DNA of 58,778 nt, the filler included, from Sphacelaria rigidula (lineage: Eukaryota), in assembly GCA_964200075.2 (NCBI GenBank). It is 5 parts of 5 records of this genome, joined end to end, with 100 filler letters (N's around TTAATTAATTAA, not from the genome) between each part and the next. Parts side by side here need not be neighbours in the genome. Positions count along the whole stretch, not along the records: positions 35,331 to 47,005 come from CAXNAA020004638.1; positions 47,106 to 58,778 come from CAXNAA020004639.1; 3 more parts are not named here. One strand, given 5' to 3'. This document shows positions 36,795-50,315 of this stretch, one piece after another. Within the stretch, counting starts at the first letter, position 1, and every line of letters begins with the position of its first letter. A program made the translations under genes and the position numbers. Under the pieces are notes generated by a model. It saw nothing but the letters and a program-made list of their open reading frames with translations. It made no database searches and had not been told where the DNA came from.

Positions 36795-37103
36795 AGGGGG
36801 GGGGGGGGGGGGGGGCTCATGAAAATGCATGCACTAGAAAACAACCCGTTGACCCCCCCTCCCTACAAANNNNNNNNNNCCGGGTTTCCGCCGGACCAGG
36901 CTCGCACTCAATCACCAAGCGCGAAGCACTGTAGTGTGTTCGGCGAGTCGTATGAAGGGTGAACTGCATCCTGCTGAGATTGTTCGGCCCGAGGTCTACT
37001 GCTTACCTTGCATTCGGATCACAGTCTACAATGAGTTGCTTCTTTTTCTGGTAATCCCAGAGACAGCCACGACTTTTACACCGCTCCATGGGTGTCTCAC
37101 CAT
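36795..37103 (+). repeat. ~320-bp interspersed repeat family, copy containing a 10-N gap (36870-36879)
   Basis: cgggtttccgccggaccaggctcgca..caccaagcgcgaagc..ctacaatgagttgc..catgggtgtctcaccat matches 42676-42998. Confidence 0.8.
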
Positions 37104-37139
37104 TCAGACACTACGTAGAACGATCTTCCACGCCGCACA

Positions 37140-37345
37140 ACATGATCTAGCTCGACTACAATGATGGCTAACACAAAACAAACGCAAGCGCGCAAAATAA
37201 AATCGGTACCCTGGTTGCCTAGCTTACGCCGTGAGTGGCGTGTTTTATAGCGTCATCGTCAACCGACGTCAACCCCATCGGGGATCCGCCCCTACACAGC
37301 CGGGACGGACCACGCCGGTTTCCCACCGGACCAAGCTGAGTAGGG
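37140..37345 (+). repeat. ~200-bp interspersed repeat, second copy at ~53365-53560
   Basis: Shared gatctagctcgactac..aaaacaaacg..cctggttgc..caaccgacg(t/c)caaccccat. Confidence 0.7.
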
Positions 37346-39799
37346 CAGGGCAGGGAGGGGGAAGCTTCGAGCCGCTGTCTGCTCGAAGGAATCACTTTGG
37401 GGCATTTCATACCTGGCATTTTCACATCAGCGTAGCACATGGATCCACACGGCCTTGACACGAGCATGCACCAGCGACGGTACCACGCGAATGCATAGGA
37501 TACGCAATAATTCCAGCCGGCCGGAGCTTACGTTTCTGCGATCTTAGATGGTGCTCGAACAGTGTTTGTCAAACTTCTCGATCCCTTGAATATCCAAGCT
37601 TCCTATTTCAATATTTGTCCGCTGATGGGCCCGCGAGCTTAATAAGGATGGAGTTTTGGAGGCGTAAATGGACACTGGATGGACATGGACGCTCAGCGGG
37701 ATTGTTGTAAATTTGACACTTTCAGCGAACGGGCGTGCAATGTTTCTTGACGAATGTTTCTTGACGTGGCCAAGAGCGGAGGGTGCACGTGTTACTACGT
37801 TTATGGACCGTTTTACTGCGTGTGCTGCCTGCATTCATCGCCACTTGTTCTACTGAAGCGACAACCACCGCTGTTTCTGCTGTACTGAGACGTGACTCCG
37901 GTCGATGCTTTTTCACGAACTATGACGGGCGGCATATGCGTGGCAACGACCGTTTTTATGTAGGCGCTGTTTCGTCACCAAAAACAACTGTTATGAACCC
38001 TCCTCACCGACCCCAAAGACAGGTCCTCCGTCCAGCGCCCATCCTGGGGTCCGAGTGTTCAAAATTCTAAAGAAACTGTGTGAGGTTTGCATCATAACAG
38101 ACCCATGAGCTCATTTAACCTCATACACTTCACCCCTCCCGAACGATAGGATCACTCAAGCGGTGATATTTTGCGTCATCTAGTGCGCCATGAATCGCGC
38201 GTGAACGGTGGATCTCCTGACGAAGCGAAAGTTCAAAGAAGTAGAGAGAAGGGAACGGGCGCCTGGATAGCCGGAACTCAATAGTAGCATGGGAATAGGG
38301 TGGGTCATACCATTCATTATAGCTGCGAAAGGGACAGACCAGTGCTTAGATACAGGAGCGACACCGATGCCCATCAAATACACAGTGTCGAACAGGTGAG
38401 ATATATTTACGTCAAAACCTCGGAGGGACAACACTTGCAAGTCGGTTCCTGCTAATTCTGGTCCCAACGATTTGTAGTGGATCCATTTTTTTGCGGCAAT
38501 TGATCCATCAAAACCGAAATAAATCGAACGCGCAAGTCCCAACGTTGTCATTTTTGTTCTTGAACCAATTTTGATATAATACCAAGAATCGGTGATGTCC
38601 TACAGTAATTCATGTACACGGACCGCACAACCAACATGCAAGATTCACACGTGAAACCAGGTGTGCCGGACGCCAATGACTGTTGTTCAGTGATTCTGTC
38701 AGTTGGACAGTCCGGTCGGGTCTTCGGGCATGGTTCATGTACATGCGACTGATCCAGGAAGATGTGCGGGATATTTGCGGAGGATTTGTAGGACACTGTA
38801 GACTTTAAGAGAAGTGGTAAATCTCTGTACTGCAGCGGGAGACTCCAAGAGATCATCTGCTGTCGGTCAACACACAAGCAGTGTGCTACCCCACTATTTC
38901 AGTGTGTGATCCTGGTGATTCGCAGCAGACAGGTTGCAAAAGTCGTGTATTCTCTGCATTGAGCCCAAGCAACAGTAACGGGCACGCTAGCGTTGAGATA
39001 TCACTGCTTTAGCCAGGATAACAAAGTCTTATTGGTGAGCTACAACAACGGAGAAACGGCGCACCAGGTCACCATGGAATGGTAGTTGATGGCCATGTTG
39101 GAGAGCATGTTGCGGTTAGATCGAAACCGCTCTCGAAACAATGTAGACCCAGCAGATTCCAGAATGTTGAGACATGGATCCGAGGTGGAGACTTTTGAAC
39201 CATCAGCAGCTGGGGGTGCAGCAGCTGAAGATAAATATTTATCTCACCAGGGCTGAGCATGACCTACAGAGCTGCAGGACCTGAAGGGGTTGGTGGGGAG
39301 CATTGGCACGCAAGTCTCCTAAGTGAGAGATGGGTACAGTCGGGATACATAATCTGAAACGTATTCTGAGCGAGATGGCCAAGTTAGAATCTCTATTTTC
39401 TTTTAGTTTCGAGGGGGATCCACAAAATGCGTGAGGGGGTGCCAAGGCTTGCTCCCAGTTTTTCAAGGGATCGCCGGGCGTGAAGGAAGTCAGTACTGTA
39501 CGCGGCCAACGATTACCAAAGATATTTTGAGTCTGGCACACATCTGGGTGTTTCGAGAAAGTTTCCCAAGCGGGCATAAGCTGTGTACGCATCCGCTAGA
39601 CGTGGAAGGGTTGTCTATGCAGCATCCCGTTGGGGGTATTTTCACATGCCAAACGGCGTTTCACGTCCTCTCTGTACGATGCGTGACCCGCCGCTGAGGA
39701 TAGTTCATCAAGTCGCCCGTCCAACCGTAGCTTTGGCGGAGGTTGAAAGCTGTTTCCACCCGAAAGCTGCCAAGGGCTGAGGATCCACAAAAATATTCT

Positions 39800-41280
39800 A
39801 CGGCTGCAACATGGAGTAAGGAAAGGATACTCTCGAGGCTGAGACAAAATTACAACCCTGTGTTAGCTACTATGACCGACGCTTCAGATTACATGGACAG
39901 CATTGCCGAGCATGCACTTGTCCACCGTCTATTGCATGCCATGAACGCACCAGCGTCTGCCATAATGGGTTATGAAAACGTCGCACGGCGTGGAACGGTG
40001 TGATGCTCGCATTGGTCGGGGAGTACCGTTCGCTTCAAGGGAGGAAGATATCAAACATCACTGCAGGAGGCGCCCTCCTGGCTATGGCAAGCGGAGTATG
40101 TCAATGCAACGAGAACACTAACGGACCGACTTCAAAACAAGCCGGGGGTGTGGTGGACGTACCCGCCGTGGGGGCCGCGGTGGTTTGTTCGCCGGTAGAA
40201 GCAACGGCTACGAAATTAAGAAAGCAGCGGAGGCTAAGCTTCCGGCAACAACAATGGAGCTGCACCCCAAGCCGGTGGGGGAATAACTTGAACATTAAGT
40301 GATCCGAAATGCTATAATTGTGGTCGGTACGGTAACTTGGAGCTGACTGTCTATCGAGCATAATATTTCGGCACATGCCGTGGGAATAGACACACGACCG
40401 AGGGATGGACAACGCTCCGGTCTCTTCGGCAACGTCCAGGTAGCAGTGTTGGCAAGGAACGTCTGAAGACCCGAACCTGTCGAACCCACGATCCTGGGGA
40501 TTCGTTCCTGGATGGGGAGTACGGCAGAGCTTAAGATATGATACGTGGGCTTTGGATAGCCCATACTACAGCTACCCGAAGCATGACATCATCTGCGCAC
40601 TGCATCGCTAGCTGTGTTGCTGTTGAAGCAACGATGTCGGTGATAACCGTTAAACCAGTGCGGCTGAAGGCCGTGGTGACATTTCCGTGGTGTTCCAGAC
40701 CCGCGGTGATGTCAGGAAGCACACAGACGTAGCACACGTTCCCGCTTTAGGCTAGAAATTACGCTTTCCCGATCTTGCCATGGATAATGGTCACAGTTAC
40801 ACAGGAGAGGACTAATCCTTAAACTTGAAAGCGGTGGGGAGTTGCATTTTCCATCTCGTAGGGGAATCAAATCGTCCGACGGTTGCATGGCAGAGCTTAG
40901 CAGTGCCCATTATGCAAATGCTATTATTGCATCTCCACAGATACCAAACGCCGAAAAGATCACCACCAACTTATTCCATCGTGTACTGCATATGTCCACT
41001 TTCATGAATCACAACTAGTGGGAAGTGCGCGCCAGATGAACGTGATTACGGAGGTACAGCTTCATCCATCGAATGGTCGGGTATATGTAGAGCGAAGCCA
41101 ATAGTTTTCCCAGGGAAACTGAGCTGGGCCACAAGGTAGACCAGACTATGGTGCACGAATATATTTCAGACGAGGACGATAATGCCCTCGATTGGTGGGA
41201 TTCAAGGTGAAGCGACTCCAACCGCGACCACGTGGACGACATACGCCGCGATGAAAGCCACAGTCATTATCGCCGCTTTC
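39800..41280 (+). pseudogene. Possible very decayed DNA transposase (hAT-like) remnant
   Basis: Scattered coding-like fragments: TSSAHCIASCV (CxAH-like) at ~40580 and EYISDEDDNALDWWDS (dimerisation-domain-like LxWW) at ~41155-41205; no continuous frame. Confidence 0.25.
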
Positions 41281-41759
41281 TCGCAAGTCGTCACGTCAAA
41301 CAGGCGCAGTCGTCGACGACGAGGGAAGGGTAAAGACTGAGGTAGAATTCGACGACGACGATGACTGTGGCAACAGCAGCAAACACGGAGAGGAACTTAT
41401 TTCAGAAAGGCCATTGCCGTCGCGGCAAGTCAAATCGGAAGTGAGGGGGGAATCCGAGACATCACCAGCCTCTTCAGCCCGCTCGCGCTATCGTCAGACA
41501 CGGGAACGTCCAAACCTCCATATCGAGGGTTCGACTGGGAGACCACACGGCATCGACTTCAACAGCGGAAGCGCCACAAAATACAAAATTGCAGGTAGAG
41601 CATCAAAGAGATGATAAACTGCAAGAGGCGAAGGGATGAGTTCTTGTCGTGCATCAGATGGTCGACATGTCTACAGGAGACTTTCAAGTGTCTTTTTCAC
41701 ATGTCTTGCTCAAGTGAGGCCAGAGCCATCAGGATTGAAGCTGTGCCGTCATGATCATG

Positions 41760-43350
41760 TTGTGTGAGGAAGGACAGGATGAAAATCAAGTGCAGCGATT
41801 TTCGACCAGGAGCCATGTGGATCTACAGTTGAAAGACACGCGAGGCTGGCTTGATTACCGGGGCGCAGACTATAGACTGGTTGGAGGGGGATACAACCAA
41901 GTTGAAAGGGAAGATTTCGAAGACAAATTTTGCGTACTCCTGTATTGTCGAGTCTAGAAACAGCTATCGCAGTTGCCAATGAGCTTGACAATGAAAACGA
42001 TCACTTTGACGTGGCACAGACTCCCCTGCAGATTGGAGTAAATCGTAACATTCATAATCTCATGCATCCTGGGTGCGCAGAGGTAACTACCGAAACAGTT
42101 CAGCTCAACCAATCTCTCTACGGTCTAAGGCAAGCTCGTAGAACTTGGAACACTTTTCAAGTGCCCACGCAAAGGGGAAATAGTTCCAAGCAAGGCTTGG
42201 CCGACCTATACGCCTTTCGTAGGACAAAAAATGGGGGGCGACAGAGATGTTGATAATTGTGCACGTCAATGACATGAATGTCGTCGGTAGCGAGCAAAGG
42301 TGTGATGATATTTGTGTAATCACAAGAAAAGCGATTCCCAACCAAGAAAATAGAAACGTCGAATCAGTGCCTGGGGTGAGCATGTAAACGCGATCGCGAG
42401 GCGTGTCACAGACGAGTTGCACTGGCAGCGCGCATTAGAAATTCGGCGCAACCTCGACTACCCGCGTACCTGTACGCCCTTCAAATAAGCTAAGGCCAAT
42501 ACAGAAGGATGGCAAGAAGGGTGGCTGGACACTTCTGGAAGCGATCGGGGACTTGTTGCGGGTGGTCAACGTAACGAGGCCGGACAAGATGAACCAATGA
42601 TGCCAAGTGTTTCGCTATAGTCTAGACCATGGTGCCCAGCGCTGGAAACCAGTTCAACACATAGTGTCCACCTTGAACTCGCACTCAAATTTTGAGGGTG
42701 TACTCATGATCTTGCATCCCGTAGTAATAATGCAATTGACCTCGCATCCCTGCAAAGCCGGGACCGAGCACGCCGGGTTTTCGCCGGACAAGGCTCGCAG
42801 TCACCAAGCGCGAAGCGCCGTGGTGTGCTCGGCGAGTCGCATCAAGGGTGAGCTGCATCCTGCTAAAATGTTCCGGCCCGGAGCGTACAGATCACCTTGC
42901 AGATGGATGTCAGCCTACAATGAGTTGCATCATTTTCTGGTATCGCCACTTGCAGAGATCCTCACGGGTTACACACTGCCTCATGGGTGTCTCACCATGA
43001 GGGAGGGGGACCCACGCGAAATGGCATATATTGCACCGACCTTTACTGCGCTAAGGAAGCACGGGATATAGGTGATCGATTTTCAGGACGAATGTAATGA
43101 TGGGGAATTGATAGTTGCGTGCCTCTCCAGGACCCAGAAGTCAGGTTATTTTCTGTCTGCAGAGGCAGAGTATGTAGCCATAGGGGGATGTGTTGCGGAG
43201 TCAGTTCTCGCCAGACGTATGTTGAAGTCTATGGTTCCTTAACTTGATTCATCACAGTGTATGAGGACGACGACGGGGCCATATCCTGGTCGAAGAATTC
43301 TCCCACTACAGCGCGGTCAAAAGATATCAATGTTCGTCACCACTACCCTT
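41760..43350 (+). pseudogene. Decayed Ty1/copia RT-RNase H remnant, interrupted by an interspersed repeat
   Basis: HFDVAQT, QLNQSLYGLRQARRTWN (copia LxKSLYGLKQAxRxW), MLIIVHVND* (YVDD position), LSAEAEYVA, YEDDDGAISWSKNSPTTARSKDINVRHH (copia EDNxGAI..RxKHIDxRxH). Confidence 0.88.
42676..42998 (+). repeat. ~320-bp interspersed repeat inserted in the copia remnant
   Basis: Homologous to 36795-37103 (+), 50006-50315 (-), 56400-56620 (-); the start of another copy lies at 46966-47005. Confidence 0.8.
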
Positions 43351-43369
43351 CGAGGCAAGAGCTTGAACG

Positions 43370-43690
43370 TGGGTTCTTGTTTTTCCCGTCACACTTCCAC
43401 CCCCTTCCCTTCCTCGGGACGAGTCCCTGGTCGCAAGGAATCATCAAGCCATGTCTCCCCTTGTCCACGCCTTGCATTTTGGTCTCCTGGATTGTATCAG
43501 CCCTTCCGCATCGCGTCAAACTTTCGTCAAGCAGACTGAGTCAAATTCTTCTTGTCCACTCACGTCCTCACGCTTTTAACGGCGACTGCCAGATACTTTT
43601 AACAAAAGACCCGAACGCGTTTGGCGGGAATCGAACCATCGTTATCCCCACTCTGATGGTGGTCAGTCGGATGCATTAGACCGGCAGCGC
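43370..43690 (-). mobile_element. tRNA-derived SINE (second family)
   Basis: Minus-strand B-box GGTTCGATTCCcgcc at 43637-43623; body shared with 1295-1385; truncates the copia RNase H. Confidence 0.55.
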
Positions 43691-46600
43691 GCGGCAGTGT
43701 GTGAAGAGAAAAACAAGAGTAGAAGGTAGATATAAGTACGAAGAGACGGGATCACAAGACTTTCACGATGACTCGTAGGATTGACGTTCGATTGACCAGG
43801 TGTGGAAGTGACGGCATGCTCGAACAGTTTGCTCATACGTGATGTTGTCGCGCTGGGACACTTTGTTGATCACGGGCGAGAAGTACGACATTGAGAATGA
43901 AATGGACATTCGAGAGCACTCGTCAGAGTTGGAGTATGAGCAAGATGAGTCGGGGATCGTCAGTGGGGCTATTTGGCACTTACAGCATACCGACGGTGTT
44001 TTTCTCGGGATTCATAGCAGGATTATTTGCGGCTAAGGTGCTGCCGCTACGAGTTTTTGTCTCCAAACGTGTGGTTTTACCCCCAAGAGGAACTTCACAC
44101 TTTGTTGGATTTTTTCTTCAACGATAGAGTTTGGAGTACTATTTTTCTTGATATTGAGGGTTCGGTCAGGGGAATAAATGGCGAACCTCAATCCCCCACC
44201 CAATACCTCTTCGGATACGAATCCAAAGCTAGAACATCGCTTCTTTTGTTTCATCCGTATGTAGCCTCTCTTCGCTCTGTTGGGTAAACCTGTGCCTTTC
44301 AAATTCGACATTTTCCGGATGGAAAAACATGGGGAACAACGCAGTTCGGCGGCCGCCGCACACCCATGTGAAGCACCGTCACTTTCGACGAACATGATCG
44401 ATTCATGTGGGGGATTTTGCGGCCTTGGCTGAAACCCCAGTTGCGCTTTACTTCTGACTATGATTGCGCGAGCAGCAAGCCTATTTCGTTATAAATGCTT
44501 GGAAGCATTCAGCAGCAAGTAGCTGCTGCAGGAGGTTGAGGTAGCGGAGCGCGGGGTACACTGATCTGATCGCCGGACTTTCGAATGTCACGCTTGTTTT
44601 TACCGTTGGAACTGGCATGCCCTGTTGCCGGTACAGCGCCACATGCTGACACGCGAACCTCACGTTCCAAAAACAGCAAAGAATGCCGGTACCCCCACAA
44701 CCTTCAGCACAGTGTCAACCAGCGGCTTTGCAAGTATGCGATCCGTGTCTGCGGTTCCGGTTGTCTCTTTGGTCCCTGCCAGTACATGCCTTGTATTTTG
44801 GTGTCACGGGAGGGGAACAACCCTCCCAACCCACATCGGCCGCTAGCTCCAATCCGTCGAATCTGGTGCTTACTCGTGTATTATCGTCACCCACGCGTTG
44901 TTCACGACGCTGTCCTAACTCTGTGTGGATGTTCGCAGCCGCGGGATTGAGCTTGGGTCCTACTACTCGTGAAAAATCTGCAGCTGCGGGATCGAGCTTC
45001 CCGCCCAACGCTGTTGACGAAGCCCACCGGCTAGTAGTCTGTAAGTCATGTCACTGTCCTCCGTGCATGCGGTTGTATGTATCTATGGTTCGCCGGATTG
45101 GATTTGGTGATACCCCCGACATGACCATTTCCGATCAGAAGGCGGTCGGGGGGAGAACTAGACCCGTTTCGTCCCTTTGGATTGACCATCATGTCGGGAG
45201 GGGCTGCCAAATATACTCACATAGTCGCAGCACTTTGCCGTCGGGTAGGGTATATCCTACCGGTACGATGTATATATATCACCCCCTTGAAAAGCACCCC
45301 CAGGGGAACAGAGTATCAGCGAAATACTAGCTGTGTAACTACATTGGCGCCTGCACTACTGTACCGGGGTAAGTCATCGTTCATCACCCCTTGGATACCA
45401 CCCCCAGTTGATAAGTTCATGGGAGCCCGAGAGTCATCCCCCAGGGGTGGTGTACACCGTAGACCTACCGTACGCAGCCTGCACCCACCTACCTGGCAGA
45501 ACGGGCACGCCCCTGAATAACTCGTCCGCCGTCTTTTCTCGAGCATCGAAAAAACCGCCGGTCGAGGATCTGTTCGTCAGTACCACAAGACGGAAGGATT
45601 ACGTACGGCATATGAATATATGTATATATGTGTGTGCGGATGGAACCACCCTTGCCTATCTAACTACATGTTTTTGAAAATACCGCGGAGAGTTATGCTA
45701 TCCTTGGCGCAGGCAGCAGGATTACAAACTTTCAAGTTGATTTTTTTTCCAGGTCTGTCACAGTTCGGTGTTCATGTGCATCATCACTTCTGCACCCTAT
45801 CTCACGGCGGTACGGCGTCTGTTGGCTGAGGTCTCTGCCGGGATTCGGGGCAGGCAATACACCCCAACGTGCAGCCAGTGCAGAAGTGAGCAAGCCCCAT
45901 GTAATAGCTGGTAGTCGTAGCGTGTGTCTGTACACACCACAAAGTAGGAAGTACACTTAAGATAGTAGAAGTAGCCTTCAAGTTGGAGGAGTTCGACGAA
46001 TACTCAGAAATTATAGCTTGCAATGCCGCCTGAAGCGAGATACTCACATTTTGTTTGTGGCATGGTTTAATTTTGGTCTATCTTCCTTTACCGCCCAGAC
46101 CCCTTGTTGGATCCTAAATGGACAGGCTGAATATTCGGAATAGTACCTGGTTGTTGCTTTTGGTGGAGACAAAATACCTCCGTATGAGAGGTAGTCGTTA
46201 CGCATATATCGCACGTCGTCGTTATTCGTGGGTAGGCCAAGATTCGCAGCATATTGCCGTCCGAGCACAGCAAAACAGTAGTGGTGATTGCACCAGCAGG
46301 ACATGTAGTCATGAAAGCACGAAGATTTTAGTGCACACGGCAGAATGACGCAGAGACAAAAACGCCTTGCCGCCGCCTCCATCGAGCATCGCAAAAGGCT
46401 GGCGCATGCCGTATCAGCTAATGATGAGAACTAAATGCAACTCGTGGCACCTCCCGTGCCCTACGAAGACGTTGTTTGGAAAGCTCGCGAGACTGTTAAC
46501 AGACGACAATTCGGAGCAATACAGCGCCGGCGGTCAACGGGTCAACCCCAGTGACCGCGAGACCTTTCGAAACGGCAGTTTTTCCGACAGTGCTGATCTG

Positions 46601-46802
46601 TTGCCGATTGTTGTCCGTTGATCGCAATCACGATAGGGTCGGGCACGATTGTGTTTCGTGCAACATTCGTTACGTGCAGATGTTTTGGCTACCGAGATGG
46701 GCTAAGCGGCGGCGACGCCACAACTGCACCTCGCTCTGCACAAACGTAGATCCTGTGTGTATGCGTGCGTGCGTGTGCATGCGTGTGTGTGTGTGTGTGT
46801 GT

Positions 46803-46950
46803 CAGTGTTGAAAATCGGATATCGATACTCGATACGATTTCGATCATATTGGTCGATACGGCGTATCGGTATCGCCGCTTCCCAAGCCGATAGTTGTCGA
46901 TACGTATCAATATCAATATCGATATCGGATATTGATATTGTCGATTTACT
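46803..46950. repeat. CGATA/ATCGAT-rich segment starting CAGTGTT after a (GT)n tract; possible DNA-transposon end
   Basis: cagtgttgaaaatcggatatcgatactcgatacgatttcgat...; short motifs densely repeated in both orientations. Confidence 0.4.
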
Positions 46951-47005
46951 TATTAGTTTATTTTACGGGGGGGGGTGTACTCATGATCATGCATGCCATA
47001 GTCAT

Positions 47006-47105
47006 NNNNNNNNNNNNNNNNNNNNNNNNNNNNNNNNNNNNNNNNNNNNTTAATTAATTAANNNNNNNNNNNNNNNNNNNNNNNNNNNNNNNNNNNNNNN
47101 NNNNN
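47006..47105. other. Artificial contig-joining spacer
   Basis: N44-TTAATTAATTAA-N44, 100 bp. Confidence 0.97.
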
Positions 47106-47179
47106 CAGATCGCTCCGAGATTTGAACCCACGACCCAACCGTCGGAAGGTTTGGAGTTTACCAACTGAGCCACCGGGGC
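47106..47179 (-). mobile_element. tRNA-SINE head, truncated by the contig end
   Basis: Minus strand ggccccggTGGCTCAGTTGGtaaactcc...gtgGGTTCAAATCtc: A and B boxes; same family as 11778-11850. Confidence 0.75.
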
Positions 47180-47418
47180 CTTACCAATTGGTGGTACACA
47201 ATGTTCGGTACTTGACTTACTTGATTTCAAACTGAACACCGATATTCGTACTTTGGAGGGGCTGACAGTTCCAAGTGCTCCTAGGTCGTCCAGAACGTGT
47301 TTTCGTACAAACTCGGCGCCGCAGGTGCCGATTCGAGGTCTCGCAACGTATGCTTCGCCGGGAAAACACTCTGCACCCCCCTTGCCCGAGGGTTGTCGGT
47401 ATGCCTTGGTTGAGCTTA

Positions 47419-47453
47419 AGGTTAGGGTTAGGGTTAGGGTTAGCGTTAGGGTT
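47419..47453 (+). repeat. Short interstitial (TTAGGG)n tract
   Basis: aggttagggttagggttagggttagcgttagggtt. Confidence 0.8.
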
Positions 47454-47560
47454 GGAGGCACCTTCAAAGTACCAATAATTTTTACGACCGTTTCCTCAGG
47501 TCCCCTCGTTTGTTTCAGCATTTCAGGTGCATGACGGGGAGACCCTTCACGTCGTCACGA

Positions 47561-47786
47561 CAAGATATGATGAACAATAGCAGTGAAGTGTGTGGTGCCC
47601 CCGATTTTTCCGATGTAGAGATTTACGGGGTACGGCTCCTCCTGATAAATCTGGTAACAACCCCACACGCCAAGATATGATGGACAATCAGAGTGAAGTG
47701 TGTAGTGCCCCCGCTTCTCCCGATCTGGAGGTTCACGGGGTACGGCTCCTCCTGAGAAATCTGGTGGCAACCCCCTGCCAAGATAG
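47561..47786 (+). repeat. 110-bp tandem duplication (2 copies)
   Basis: caagatatgatg..gtgaagtgtgt(g/a)gtgccccc..acggggtacggctcctcctga(t/g)aaatctggt..caacccc at 47561 and 47671. Confidence 0.85.
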
Positions 47787-49239
47787 AACATTCTTACATA
47801 CTTTCTTGTTATACGGAACGTGGTGGCGACAGCCAGTTCTTCTGATTCCCTTTCTGCAGAGTAGGGGCCACCTGCAGGCAGTTTGTAGGATTTGGCCTAG
47901 TCATCAGGGGGTAGCAAGGTCGCGGCGTGTGAACAGGTACCAACGGTACATGACAGTGTTTTACAGCCCATAGAACAGTACTTGCATCCAGTTCTCAAGA
48001 GAGCAGAACAAATGTTTTCTCAGGACTAGCAGCAGATACGCCGAAGAAACGTTTGCCGCCACACTCTTCCTTCTTTCTGGATTATCCCTGTTTTGCTTCT
48101 ATCGCGTTTTGTGAGTATTAATCTAGGTCTATGTTATCTTTTTTGGTTTTGTCTGATTTCCCCATACCTTATCATACGTAGCTAGCCTGTGACCACGGAA
48201 GGCGTCCGCATCAGATGCCCAGTGCGAATGTACCGCGCAGATATCGGAACGGTTTTGACTGTGAAGGCAACAACACAACAACACCCTGCAGAATATTTCG
48301 TGTGGCAGGGGGGTAGGTAATCAGAATTTTCATGAGAAGTTTTACCCCCAAGACCTCAGAATCGGGAAAACTCAACGGGCGTGACCGAAACACATGACTA
48401 AAACACGTTACACCTTCAAAACCCAACCTGACCAAATGCGCACAGACATCCAGGGCACAAGTGCAGCACGCCTCGCGCTAGCTATTGCTGTCCTATTCAC
48501 AGTGCTCTTTGTTTCACGGCAATCTGTGTGGCGTTGGATGAGGGTCGGTCGTGCTTGTGCAACAGACCTGGCTGAAGATGTAGTCGTTGGCCGTTTTATG
48601 TGGGGGAATGTTTTGTCAGAAGCAAAATATCCGGTGTTTACTCAATGTCATACTTGACGGCAAAGAAAGTCGCTCATCTTGGGACGGCGGTGCAAGCTCA
48701 AAGGAGTCTGTGGGCCTAAACCTAAGCTGTACAAACATTTGGTGAAGAGTAACTGGATTGACGGCGGCTGTGATGTACTTGGACAGGCTCTATCTACTTG
48801 CAAAGGCATTCATGTGTTCACTGCGGTACTGTCGCCGGCACGTAATACAGTTTTCAATCCACCCTGCACAACATGGACGGCGCATCATATCGCGCGCGCA
48901 TCACACGACACGGCATGCACACGCACAGCGAAATGGAAGACACAGGCGGACGAATCACGACCACCAGCCTATGAATTATCGTACACGGTTGGCAGGCACA
49001 CAACTCCGCTACTTTTGTGTGTACTGTCGTCCCTTGGGAAATATTGTCTGAATCGAAACACTCTTCGTGTTGTATTGGAGAAAATGTGTCGTTGCTGACC
49101 GTTTATGTCGGTGGACAGTTGTTCCGCTCTCATCTTGATTTTATGCTACACAAAACTGGATGATTCGTGTGCGTGGGTCGTGTTTTTTGCCCGGCTGTCA
49201 TATGCTTGGTCGGGCTCTTTCCGCTTGAAAACAAAATAA

Positions 49240-49770
49240 TGTGTTGACTGCGGTACTGTCACGGGCATAGCCTATGGAGCACCATGTCGATGAAAAGGCA
49301 GTGCTATATATTGCCTTGCGAATGAACCGCAGTTGTCCACGTTTTGGATTCAGTCGTGTATTTTCGTGACGCCTGTTCAGCAAAGGTGATCATTTCCCTT
49401 GGAGATTTCCCGATACAATGTCCCGCTTCCCCGCGCTTTTATGTTTTCGCCAAGCGCACTGTTGTGTTTACGCCAAGCACGCAAGAGTGATTCCGTGGGC
49501 TCCATCTGCTTGCAAACTAAAGTATGTGTTGACTGCGGTACTGTCGCGGGCACAGCCTATGGAGCACCATGTCGGTGAAAAAGGTGGTGTTATGTATTTT
49601 GGTATGTGAAAGGATGTTAACGAACAGCATTTGTCCACGTTTTCGATTCAATCGTGTAATTACGTGATGCCTGTTGAGCAAAGGTGACAATTTTCTGTTG
49701 AAATTTCCCTATACGATTTCCCGTTTTCCCGCCCTATTTTGTTTTCGCCAAGCACGCAAGAGTGGTGCCG
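49240..49770 (+). repeat. ~285-bp tandem duplication
   Basis: tgtgttgactgcggtactgtc(a/g)cgggca(t/c)agcctatggagcaccatgtcg at 49240 and ~49525; both copies end gttttcgccaagc..gcaagagtg. Motif fragment also at ~48813. Confidence 0.8.
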
Positions 49771-50005
49771 CGAGAGCCCCTACCAAATCACACACAAAAC
49801 TGTGACCGCCGCTGAACCCGTCTAACGGGTATTCAAGAGTGATACCGGGCCTTGAAATGAAGACAGGTGGAAAAAGCAAGTGTGCATTGGAAAATGGCAC
49901 TGTTATACTGTCGAAGATTAGTCGAGTGAGGTCATATTGTGCGGGGTGGAGTAAATAACCTCGATACCGCGCAAAGGGATTGATCCTACTACGTGGTGCT
50001 GTAAT

Positions 50006-50315
50006 CGTGAGACACCCACGAGTCAGTGTGACCCGTGGTTGCCTCTGGAAGTGGGTATACCAGAAAATGAAGCAGCTCATTGTAGGCTGTCATCTTTTGC
50101 AAGATAAATGGTAAACTTGGAGCCGAATAATTGTCATCCCTCATGCGACACACCGACTACATCACGATGCTTTGCGCTTTGTGATGAGGGGTATTGTGGA
50201 GCAAAAGCCCGGCATGCTCCGTCCCGGCTTTGGTAGGGATCCGCGGTCAATGATTTTACGACTGCGGCATGCTAGATCGTGAGCACCCCTCCCCCTGAAA
50301 CTTTGCTTTGAGTTG
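50006..50315 (-). repeat. Diverged copy of the ~320-bp interspersed repeat
   Basis: Reverse-complement similarity to 42676-42998 (gtgagacaccca, ctcattgtaggctg, tcccggctttg). Confidence 0.7.

Noticed and set aside
39050..39720. Non-LTR retrotransposon C-terminal remnant (minus strand; similarly 52820-53780)
   Set aside because: Coding-like composition but no diagnostic RT or endonuclease motif could be read with confidence.
11678..47105. ~11.78-kb periodicity and TTAATTAATTAA motif as biological signals
   Set aside because: Assembly linker between size-sorted contigs.
48445..48600. Hydrophobic ORF segment as an N-terminal exon of the aldose 1-epimerase
   Set aside because: Only a weak DVVVG resemblance, no conserved mutarotase motifs, and the neighbouring sequence is repetitive.
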